From Yuukianura sp. NJ FZ-2021 (taxonomy: Eukaryota): a stretch of DNA of 64,000 nt. The notes under the pieces were generated by a model. The model searched no databases. It saw only the letters and a list, made by a program, of their open reading frames with translations, and was not told the origin of the DNA. Position 1 is the first letter of the stretch, and every line of letters begins with the position of its first letter. The stretch covers positions 1,302,001 through 1,366,000 of the forward strand of contig CM102289.1 of NCBI GenBank assembly GCA_046563655.1, given 5' to 3'. Shown in pieces: positions 38,201 through 48,000 of this stretch. Position numbers and translations under genes: made by a program.

Positions 38201-41200
38201 AATGATGGAAACTTTGTTACGAATGTTCCGATCAACAAATCGGTTGAAATTGACCTTCGAAAGAAGAAAAAGCCCTTCGAAATGGAACTAAGAGATCGAA
38301 AATCTCTCAAAACGCCCACAAAGTACCAAGCTAATATGGCTCAAGTGAGAGAGACTCCGTCGAACTACAATGAAGCAATCAGAAGCGGAGACTCAGCTCA
38401 ATGGATTCAAGCAATGAAAGAAGAAATCCAAAGCCATGAGACTAACAAGACATGGACAATTGTCCCAAGACCAGTGAACACAAAAACTCTGGATAGCCGC
38501 TGGATCTACCGCATAAAGACTGGGACAGATGGCGCTGAGCTCTTCAAAGCTCGTCTTGTCGCTCGAGGATTCCAACAACAGTACGGAATCGACTATGAGG
38601 ACACATTTGCCTCCGTATGCAGATTTGAATCGCTTCGAATTATCTTAGCCATCTCAGCTGCTCTGAAACACACTCTACTGCAAATGGACATCAAAACCGC
38701 ATTTCTTCACGGGGACCTCAAAGAGCAAATTTTCATGGAAGTTCCACAAGGTGTCACTGTCAATGGAAACGTCGTGTGCAAACTAAACAAAAGTTTGTAC
38801 GGTCTGAAGCAATCCCCAAGATGTTGGAATGAGAAATTCACGCAAGCTTTGTCCTCACTTGGATTCAAAGCCCTTCCAAGTGACAACTCCATCTTCATTG
38901 CCTCAAGCACAAAACAGCCGATCTACTTGGGACTCTACGTAGATGACTGCCTCATCTCTGCACCAGATCAAAAGATGGCACTTAAAGTAGTTGAAGGCAT
39001 TCAGGAATTCTTTACATTGACGTTCAACAGTGCTGAGACTTTTGTTGGTCTCGAAATTACTACATGGGACCAGGGGTACTTCATCTGCCAGCAAAGATAT
39101 GTGAAGCAGTTACTCCTTCAATTCAATATGCAAGAATGTAAAGCCATATCCACTCCACTTCAGCCCACTGTGGAACTAGTAGCCGCGAAGGAATGTTCTA
39201 AGAACTTGCCGTTTCAACAACTTATTGGGGCATTACTATTCCTAAGTCGGTTGACTCGCCCTGACATTGCATACGCTGTATCCAAGCTCTCACAATTCAA
39301 CAATGCGTATGACAATACGCATTGGGATCAAGCAAAGAACATTCTCCGCTATCTTTCCGGAACTCCAAACTTTGGAATAAGCTACGAAAGAGGGAGCTCC
39401 TTGGAACTAATCGGATTTTCCGACTCAGACTTTGCCGGAGACAAAAATGATCGAAAGTCCACAAGCGGATTCGTCTTCTTCCTTGGAAATTCACTTATCA
39501 GCTGGAAATCAGTGAAACAACCTATAATAGCAATGTCCTCAACAGAAGCCGAATACATTGCTTTAGCCGAAGCTTCAAGAGAAGCAGTCTGGTTGAGAGC
39601 CCAAATTGAAGAACTTGGAATTAAGCAAGACAGCCCCACGCAGATCTTCGTCGACAACCAGAGTACCATCAAGCTATCTCAAAATCCAGAATTTCACAAA
39701 CGGACCAAGCACATAGATGTTAAATTCCACTACATCCGCGAACTTACCGCTAACAAGACAATTGAAGTTAAATACGTTCCCTCAGCGGAACAAAAAGCAG
39801 ACATCTTTACAAAAACGCTTCAGAAAACAAAACATTCTTCAATGGTGGAAAAACTTGGACTTTCTATGCCACCTGTTGCAAGCAAGTTGTCACGGCTTGT
39901 GACTATGCTCATCATCATGTGTTTGTTTTGCACAACAAACGCATGGATGATGACACAACCAGTGATTTGGAAGCCCTCGAAGCTTCCAGTTACAAGTGGA
40001 ATTAATCAAGTACATCTATTGGTAAAGCTTCTCAGTCCTTGTGAACTACTCAATAACTCGACCATGCACCCGGATCTTGTCATACCAGCACAAACAAAAT
40101 GCAACAAAATATACAAAGAGCTATTTTTGGATGAAATCCAAATTCTCTGCCCAGGAACCGAAAGAACCGAGATTCATCATCAATCCAAACGTGAACTTGG
40201 ACAGCACAAACGATTCGTTACGCTGATGGTAATAGCAGGCGCCATCATCATCACTGCCATTGTCGGAATCGCTGTCGGTATTACCGGAACCGTCATTGCA
40301 GTACAAACAAAAAACGAGTTGCTGAACGTCCAGAACTTAATGGCCGAACAAGAAAAACGACTTGAAGCCGAAGCAGCCCGACTCCTCGCAGCAGAAACCG
40401 CGATCAACGAGCTGAACCAAAATTTGAAAACGCTGGCTGACTATCTGAAAGAACACGAATCAGATTTTCAAACATTGAAAGCTTCGCAAGTAGACACCAT
40501 CTTCGGAATTTCTTACATCACAAGCCGTCTACTTTATGGAAATCAAGTCATCAAAGAAGCAAGGAGGAAATGGAGTACAAGGAAGCTCTATGCTCCTTTG
40601 TTTGACTTTTTCAACTTGACACTTCCGTGCAAAGATGACTGCCCGCTTCAACACGGAACTCCGCAGAACTGCTGGATGTCCTACGACAAGACTAAGCTAT
40701 ACATGGACTTCACAGTTCCAGTCGTTAACAAGCAAGCCCATCTCGTGGAAGCCGATGCTTTTGTCCAAATGCATCAAACAGAAAACGAGACATGCACGAT
40801 CAACTACGTCGGACCACAGAACGCTGTCATTTCCACCGACAAGGACTGCATCATAACTACAAATGTCAACAAGGGAGATATGGTTTACTTAGCCGACACA
40901 AAGTGTGTCTCGAGCGGATCACTTCCAAACCCGTCTTCATTCTTCTCGATGGGAAAATGCGATCCGAAACATGAGAATGATGCCGCGTCGTTCGTTCAAA
41001 TTAAGTACTTCGACAAGTACTACCACGTCTACTGCGCAGGAAACAACATAACTGTTGGTTCCGTCACAAAGGAATGCCCAAACGGAACCTTCTTGCTTCC
41101 ACTCGCCTCTAACTTCCACATCAACAACCAGTACTACAAAGGAAATGAATTCAAGTTGGAGCACGAAGAAACATTGGCGCCATCTTTCACGTTCCAGACT

Positions 41201-41473
41201 AACTGGCATCTTCAACCGAAATTCAACTTGGACGAAATCATCGCAAAGGTTAAAGCGACCAAGGATATTCCAGTCGGTCCAGCCGCCACCATAGAAGACA
41301 AAGGAAGCAAGCACTCGCCCTGGTTCATCGCCTTCATTGCCCTACTCACGTTGATACTTCTATTTTTGGCAATTCTCATCTACCTCACGATGACTCGGAA
41401 GAAGATCAACGTCACCGCCCGGATTGCAAACCAGGATCCATCCGATGGAATTCAAATGGAAAATCGAGATTGA
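35207..41473 (+). CDS. Single gag-PR-PR-IN-RT-RNaseH-env polyprotein (2088 aa)
   Basis: Zn knuckle CAKCGRRGHWAKEC; DSGASHHM and DSGASQHI; WHKRLCH...CDAC; HADLSG/RTDNGTEF/ERDIR; MDIKTAFLHG, LYGLKQ, YVDD; FSDSDFAG, EAEY, ADIFTK; then a C-terminal glycoprotein-like domain with a TM anchor. Confidence 0.96.
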   Translation: MSTPATTTKKKVDITHVVKLNDKNYEVWRFQITAILKAAKLMGVVDGSKPRPAEAQDQPAWDELDNEAQALVIPTLDERNTSHVISCGTSKEIVDRLKSIHSDASQLNKQLTLSAFLNYKIKENQTLQEAFEDLEKLSRSLKDIGSPVDDSVVITKLVTALPDKYMGFRKAWFSVTQAEQTMPNLLARLKQEDLEHNNKPQAASSTSKAFQCQTNGKKKTNIAELKKRTNCAKCGRRGHWAKECRSPSTSNGNNGQQNGNNGQHSGNNGGKGSQQQHRSASAFMAGGIVDPGDWVSDSGASHHMTGNRAWLFNFKRFSQRRTVELANGQKAQATGYGDVNILIKQNETTRHFQDDADVQFCHVKLTHVWFVPGFRNIISESVLTSKGYLISRNHFSTQYYGQNGDFDMTATRKDGLYVMNICTLKPENSDPEPAERTRATKKRRMGIPPGYDIQKYLRMKTEVRLLANQMKQINVITQGEDKTPHYAAMANTTSNDKLVWYSDSGASQHICGNKDFFTSYKPFLIKKEVHQTSGSPVQALGQGDILVEAKIGGKFEKKIIEEVLYIPNASNLFSETIMAQKGYVITRNAQATMFTKDTGEPGPTAYFQNGLYIMDFKPLQAQHALKSRIDESILWHKRLCHINSSYVAATIQNEAATGIKNFSERAKLNCDACHLGKETRKPFPSSTSKRSCLVGEMAHADLSGKIAVTSLGGASYFLLVKDEASGFKVVYFLKQKSEAPRAVQDYIKFIENKTGNTFKTLRTDNGTEFVNDELQSHLADRGITHETSSAYCPESNGKIERDIRTVKEAARTLLQEFKTPIHLWGEAVATSVYVLNRVINRQSGETTAYEQIFKKKPKLAHLRVFGCTAYMHIPASKRSVWKPKSQKMIFVGYSNGQYRLYNPETRQIVEARNVSFSEEEKSADQRVIIRSAVSEVFPKEEAEEDAKQETDSDLGNEEDVKEEDEEELDISNADTEPMDPEDLSAIQATPTMEVCVQTNDGNFVTNVPINKSVEIDLRKKKKPFEMELRDRKSLKTPTKYQANMAQVRETPSNYNEAIRSGDSAQWIQAMKEEIQSHETNKTWTIVPRPVNTKTLDSRWIYRIKTGTDGAELFKARLVARGFQQQYGIDYEDTFASVCRFESLRIILAISAALKHTLLQMDIKTAFLHGDLKEQIFMEVPQGVTVNGNVVCKLNKSLYGLKQSPRCWNEKFTQALSSLGFKALPSDNSIFIASSTKQPIYLGLYVDDCLISAPDQKMALKVVEGIQEFFTLTFNSAETFVGLEITTWDQGYFICQQRYVKQLLLQFNMQECKAISTPLQPTVELVAAKECSKNLPFQQLIGALLFLSRLTRPDIAYAVSKLSQFNNAYDNTHWDQAKNILRYLSGTPNFGISYERGSSLELIGFSDSDFAGDKNDRKSTSGFVFFLGNSLISWKSVKQPIIAMSSTEAEYIALAEASREAVWLRAQIEELGIKQDSPTQIFVDNQSTIKLSQNPEFHKRTKHIDVKFHYIRELTANKTIEVKYVPSAEQKADIFTKTLQKTKHSSMVEKLGLSMPPVASKLSRLVTMLIIMCLFCTTNAWMMTQPVIWKPSKLPVTSGINQVHLLVKLLSPCELLNNSTMHPDLVIPAQTKCNKIYKELFLDEIQILCPGTERTEIHHQSKRELGQHKRFVTLMVIAGAIIITAIVGIAVGITGTVIAVQTKNELLNVQNLMAEQEKRLEAEAARLLAAETAINELNQNLKTLADYLKEHESDFQTLKASQVDTIFGISYITSRLLYGNQVIKEARRKWSTRKLYAPLFDFFNLTLPCKDDCPLQHGTPQNCWMSYDKTKLYMDFTVPVVNKQAHLVEADAFVQMHQTENETCTINYVGPQNAVISTDKDCIITTNVNKGDMVYLADTKCVSSGSLPNPSSFFSMGKCDPKHENDAASFVQIKYFDKYYHVYCAGNNITVGSVTKECPNGTFLLPLASNFHINNQYYKGNEFKLEHEETLAPSFTFQTNWHLQPKFNLDEIIAKVKATKDIPVGPAATIEDKGSKHSPWFIAFIALLTLILLFLAILIYLTMTRKKINVTARIANQDPSDGIQMENRD

Positions 41474-41480
41474 GGGGTCG

Positions 41481-41864
41481 TGTAATTAAAAATAAGTTTC
41501 AGTTTTTCCAAAAGTTTAAGGTCAGTTCACTTGACCTAACCATAAAAGTAGCATCCTGTTTTTGATCCAGTTTCTTAAAATCTTTTGAGAATCTGCCGAC
41601 TTGTTTTCAATCTCCCTTTTCCAAATTCTAAAAGTGCAAGGACTTTTACTGTCATAAAAGTCCTCATATGACGGTCACCCATGCAATAGCATTAGGTGAC
41701 CCCAAAAACTGTTTTTGCTCTCCATTCCAGTTTTATACTTTCTGTCCTTTTATTATGTTACAAACAGACCCTTAGCTAAGGACAATACCTTTTTGCTTAG
41801 TATAAATATTTCTGGAATCTCTGAATAAATCATCAGTATTCTTCCGAATCTCTTACTTACTACA
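41481..41864 (+). repeat. 3' LTR of copia element (384 bp)
   Basis: Copy of 34450-34833, preceded by a short purine tract GAGGGG and followed by TSD TAAAA. Confidence 0.96.
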
Positions 41865-44800
41865 TAAAATTAATTATAACAGTATTTGTCAATGCCCGGC
41901 TAATTGTTATTCTGGTAGCAACATCCTTCTTCTTTATGAACAACAAGATAAGCGAAACACTCTATTTAATGGGAGAAACGATGTTACTGCACTGTTTTGG
42001 TGTAGACGAGCCACTCGTAGTTACTTTGATACTTCTTATGCTAATATTATTGGCGTGTCTGGCTGTTATCTATGGCGTTTTCGCCGGATACCTTTACATC
42101 ATGTGGGCGCTGATTTACACAAACTGTACACGACTCTGGCTCCAAAAACTAAGGTAACATACTTGGTTTAACTTTAGAAAAAATATATTTGAAAGAAATA
42201 TAAAAATCCATACACATGCATTATGTTTATATTATATATTATTTTACGTTTGAAAGTGAAACTATAGAAGACGGTAGTAAGGAAGCTGAGCAGAGCTTTA
42301 TATTTGCATGTCACCAAGTCCTGAGCAAATTTGGGAACGAGGTATTCGCTGGTATTTGCCAATATATTCTTTACAACGCAATCTTCATACTCATAATATG
42401 GACTTATGCATTTATCAAATTATTTACCTTAAAGTATATCAGTATGCTACTAATCCTCATGATGGTCAATATTGTATTTTCTTATGTCCTAACTGAACTC
42501 ATTGGCCTAGCTGCACAATGCCATGGAAATTCTGCCAACTGCTGCAACGCTGGGAAATTGATGTTCCGCAGACGCAATGAGTACTTACATAAATTTTGGA
42601 TTTCGAGGCGTCCAATTAACATCAAAGTTGGAGAGCATTTTGTGTTGGACACAAAAGCATATCTTCTCACAATATATGGGGATATAATATTACAAAATGT
42701 CGTCACTCTTATCCTTGCCTTCTAGTTAAACTTTTAACTAATTAAGATTAATTCCATTCCAGCCTTACTACTCAGAATTAGCCATAAATCATATCCATGG
42801 AATACTCAAAATCTTATGCAAAGCTTACATACAGACTAACCAATCTTACGTTGAGTAAATTCTGGGGAAAATGGTCATCCGAACTAAAGTGCGGATAACA
42901 ATTAAAGTTCCACAAGAAGTTGGCATGTGTCATGTCGAACACTCAAATAGGTTAGTTCAGTTAAGTTAAGTGTTGAGTTTTATAATCTACATAAATTCAC
43001 ACCTTATGATATTCTCTTTATTTGTCTTTGAGAAAAAGGAAAGAAACGGACAACGAAAAATTATTTTTTCTAGGTTAAGCTATAAATATTTGGGTTTGTA
43101 AAAACAAATTGAAAATGTTCAATTTAAAGAAAAACTCTGTAAATTCTTCAATTCAAACACGGAATGGGTTTGCACGAAGCATCGATTTCCATGGAAACCA
43201 AAACTACCAACAAACTTCCCACCTCCAAAACTCATTTTGACGTAATTCCAACGCCACGAAGTTTTTTACATTTAGTTTTTATTTATTAGGCAACTAAAGT
43301 TGCTTTATGCAATGCACTAGTTTGTCTATCTGTCCGTGCGGCGGACGGTTGATATTAATAAAGTAAATGTTAAATTCCCACAAATATTACTATGTCCAGG
43401 TACATGACCAATTCTATCTTTTGCTACTTTAGTATAAACCGATTATCTGGGGCCGATTTTTTTTATTTAGACTAGCCAAACCCCACAAAATTTAATTTCC
43501 GTTTTCATATTTTTATGTCAAACTTTTCATTTTGCTGCACTAATACTTGCTAACAGGAAATTGACTTTCAAATTATGGTATAACCTAATTTAGGGCAATT
43601 CATAATCTAAACCTTTCTTGTTAATTAACATATTTTCAACTTAAGATGTCTGAACTTGAAGATGGCTGGACCTATAAGACTCAATCTTAGATCCCCTTCC
43701 TCAAGAAATTCTTCCAGTTTTTGACTCTTTCGTTGGTTGTGGTTAGCCAAAAATGGATTTCCTCAAAAAAATGCTCATGCAGATGAGTTTAATCTTAAAG
43801 CGCCAAAGTTTTCCGCTGTGAATTTTAAAGTAAAATGAAATTAAAAGGCCATTTCCATTATTTTTTTAAATCCGGTTTTGTGGTTTTAGAGAAATAAATT
43901 GAATAGGTTCAATTTACAGAAAAAGTGTGTAAATTACTAAATTCAAACACGGAATGGGTTTGCACACGGAAATGGTTTTCATGGAAACCAAAACTGCCAA
44001 CAAACTATCTGCATTCAAATGAGCACGAATTTAGACATTTCAAAGGAAGCGAAGTTTTCTACATTTACGATTATTATTTATTTATTAGGCGGTGAAAGTT
44101 AGTTTATACAATGATCTAGTCTGTCTGTCTGTTCGACCGGCAGTCACTCACTTTTAGTGGCCTGAATGAGCAATTGCCACCAATACTTCCTTGTTCATGT
44201 ACCTCACCAATAGTTTCTTCAATACTTTTGTACATTCGATTATCCGAAACCTTTCAATTTGTAGGACGACTACTACTCAAAATTTAATAATGCTGTATAA
44301 AGGAAGCTGATTTTCGATTATGGGCACCACAATTAAAGTAGTTTTTTTCTAGGAGCTTGATGTTATAAGTCATACAAACAATTCTCTGTCATAGTTAAAT
44401 AAATACATCCAGATATCACGGATATCGAAGTATCTCAATTGTAACATTTTTAACATAGTTCAAAATGTTATCAGAAACGTCGGTGAAGTATACAATAAAA
44501 CTATATCAAGATGGTTACAAGTGGAAAATGTATAATTTAACAATTGTAACCCAAGACAAAAAGTTATTAACAATTAAAAGTAACAGTACAATTATTTATA
44601 AAGGACTTGCAGCGGTGAGCTTTGCGATAAATTTCGTTGGTAGTATAATTTTTAGCACCGGTGCTGTACTCCTTTGGCATGAACAAGAGATGTGCGTGTT
44701 TCTGATTGGACTAGTTGTTCTCACCGTAGTGTTGATGGGACTGCAAATTTGGCATTTCACATGCAATAAACAAATTTCATCAATATTCTCAACATTTATC

Positions 44801-45020
44801 GAATTCAATAATGCACTACGTGAGTTTCATCATCCACACTTACAATCAGTATGACAAGTTTTGCTAATCAAGGTTAATTTTCTTTTTTAGTCAAATCTTA
44901 CCAAGTACCGCTAAATTCGAAGGAAAGTGATGGGTATGAAACTGTGCTAAAATCACTCTTCTTGATTTTTATCTCGGGTCGAGCACTTCTCATACCGGGG
45001 ACTATAACATTCTTTGTATT

Positions 45021-48000
45021 TGTTAGGATGGCAATAAGTTAGAAGTTAGTTTAGGCTAGGTTAAATTTCCGTTCTAGAGTTTTTATTTTAAAGGTAAAAA
45101 TTAGACGATAAATTAGGGCCACCGACCATTAGGTTAAGAAATATGTTTTAGCAGTGTTAGAACAATAGGTTCAAGTTAGTTTTCTGCTCTTGTCAATTTG
45201 AGACATAATTTTGAGTGGGAATTCAAAAAGTCGTCCGCGTCCTGTGTGAGTATGTGTGGCGTGGTTCCTTTGTTTTTTAGTAATAATAAGAAGTAAGGTT
45301 TTAGAGCTAGGAGAGAATAGGAGTGAAAAGTATTGTCCTCTTAGCAATTAATTAAATAGAGAATAAATTAACAAGAAATCAACCCTTTTTCGATCACGTC
45401 CTTCCAAATTCAGTGTTCCGGTAGTCAACGGGTAGTCGACTACGACCGAGCCTAACATTTTGGTGACCCTGGCCGGACTGCAGTGTTCGAGAAAGGTCAA
45501 GAAGGAAGTACTGGACGATTCATCCGTGCCGTGTGGAGGAACTATTGACAATTGATTTACGTCCTGCCACTTTGTGGGCCCCACCCTGAGCATTCGGGGG
45601 TGGATAAGGTGAAAACGTTCCAGTTTAAGCTTAATTTGAATCGAATTAATCGGAATCTTCCGTTCTTTTGAATCTTCCAACAGCTGATAAATGGATCGAA
45701 TCAAAAAAGAAAGAAAGGTGGTTCGGAGCACGATCACGAAGATCACAAATGAAGTGGATCGAGAACTAGACAAGGACGAGGTTAGCAAAGCCATCCTTCA
45801 AGCGAAGTTCACCCGGCTGGATCAACTTCATCATGACATTCAACGTTTGGATCGTGAAGTGCTGGATGGTCTGCTGGATAGTGAAGCGGATGACGAGACG
45901 TTGGAGGGTGAGCAGATTCAAGTGGAAGAATACCTCCAAAAGATCCTTGTCAGTCAAGGCAGCATCAACTCTTACCTCGACAAACGAAGTGAGGAGGTAA
46001 GCAGTCAGGATGACGCAGCTTCAATCCAATCTTCAGCCATGACCACAAGAAAGTTCAAGCTCCCGAAGATCCAACTCAAAACGTTCAATGGGGATCTAAA
46101 GGAGTGGCTAGGGTGGTGGGCGCAGTTTCGCAAGATTCACGAGGATGAGTCCCTTGACCCCACTGATAAGTTCCAGTACCTGTATCAGTCGACAGTGGCA
46201 GGATCAAGGGCTCGGGAAGTCTTGGATGCGTATCCACAATCAGCGGAAAACTACCCGAAGGTGATCGAAAAGTTAAAAACACGCTTCGGGAAAGAAAAGC
46301 TGCTGAAACACTATTACATCAAAGAACTACTAAAGTTGGTGAGTCCGTGCGGTAAGTCGGCAGAGGCTGTGTCAAACCTGTACTATGCACTGGATTCTCA
46401 CACAAGAGCTTTAGCATCGCTGGGCGTAACCACAGAGCAGGCAGCTGATTTCCTCTATCCAATGGTGGAGTCATGCCTTCCGGAAGAACTGATGATTGTG
46501 TGGCAACGTCACCCGAATTATTTGAAGGATGGAAGCCAAGAAGACCCAGTTATGACGGAACTTTCGTACCTACTCGATTTTCTGCGCGTCGAAGTCGAGA
46601 ACCAGGAACAGCGGAAGTTGACCAAATTAGAGGGCCCTTCTACTCAAAAGCATCAAAGACACCGACGACCGGAGAAGGAACTTGGTCAAGAAGACGTTTC
46701 CACTTCGGCGGGACTGTTCGAAGGCAAAGGCAAGGAAAAGTGTATCTTCTGTGCTAAAACCAATCACCAGAGTCATGAGTGTTTCAAGGCCCTCAACATG
46801 TCACTCGAAGAAAAACGAAAGAAAGTGAATGACTCCAAAGGGTGCTACATTTGCTTTAAAGGTCACATGGCCAAGGCGTGTAAGGCTCCGGTTCGTTGCT
46901 CACTGTGTTCCAAGAAGCACTACCATTTCATGTGCCCTGACCTTCACGCTTTAAAGCAAGCCCATGACAAACCGCCTGGTAACAATGGAACTCGTGAGGT
47001 AAAAGAAGTCACTCAAAGTTCCACTGAAACTGTTGCTGTTAATAGTGGAGTACAGTGTGGGGGTGACGTTCTGCTCAAAACAGTGCTAGTGTGGGTTGTG
47101 GGTAAAAGTGGAATTAAGCTGCTGGCTCGATTGCTTTTTGACGAGGGCAGCCAAAGCAGTTATGTGACCAGTCACGTCGTCCACAGTGTGTCCAGTAAGC
47201 CGGTGGGAGAGGAGCGAGTCAAGACCGTAATGATTGACGGTAAAGTGTCTCCAGGGACCCTCTTCTACAAACACGAACTCACCGTTCTGGACGCTGCTGG
47301 GTCAAAGGTCAAACTGTTGCTGAGGGAGAGACCAGTGATTGGAGGTATTCCGCCGCGTGCTCAATTGGGGAAGTGGAGCAAAGAACTGGAAAGGAATGGC
47401 ATCACAATTGAAGACCACGGTGGTAATACCCAACACCGACAAGACATAGACATTTTGATTGGGAGTGACTATCGAGAGCAGTTGATGACCGGCAAGAGGA
47501 TTCATCTCAGAGATGGAGTCTACGCGGTTCAGTCTCTCTTTGGTTGGATGTTGTGTGGCCCTGTGTTCAAGGCTGAAACTAGTGCTTGTGAAACCGTTAT
47601 TCACAGTTACCTTACAGGATCCGTCTGTCAACTTTGGGATTTGGACTTGTTAGGCATTCGGGATCCCGTACAAAAGTCTACTGAACTGGACAGCGATCGG
47701 AAGCTAAAGGAGACCTTCCAGAAAGAAGTGACCCGTGAAACAACGGGAAGGTATGTTGTTGGTCTCCCATGGGTGAATGCAGATGTAAAGTGTCACCTCC
47801 CTACAAACGAGTCTGTGAGTGTTAAAAGGCTGGACTCTGCCACTGCAAAGTTGGAAAGACAAGGCAAGTTTAACACCTATGATGCAGTCTTCAAAGGGTG
47901 GGAGGAAGAGGGGATTATCGAAATTCCAGTGCAAGTTGACCCCATGTCTGGACACTACTTACCTCATCGCCCCGTTTTCAAGGAAAGTGTGACCACCCCG

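Larger units (their letters stand above)
34450..41864 (+). mobile_element. Full-length Ty1/copia LTR retrotransposon with env-like domain (7415 bp)
   Basis: TG...CA LTRs at 34450-34833 and 41481-41864, 5-bp TSD TAAAA, PBS TGGTAGCAGAGG, and copia domain order PR-IN-RT-RH. Confidence 0.97.
33962..42725 (+). pseudogene. Chemoreceptor-like gene, copy C, interrupted in exon 2 by a Ty1/copia element
   Basis: Exon 1 is 33962-34316. Exon 2 runs 34389-34449 and resumes at 41870-42153. Exon 3 is 42257-42725. Coding homology is continuous across the insertion. Confidence 0.82.

Noticed and set aside
35192..41314. Many short antisense and alternate-frame ORFs over the copia polyprotein (likewise over the BEL, NRPS and receptor genes)
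   Set aside because: They are shadow ORFs of long coding regions with no recognisable motifs.
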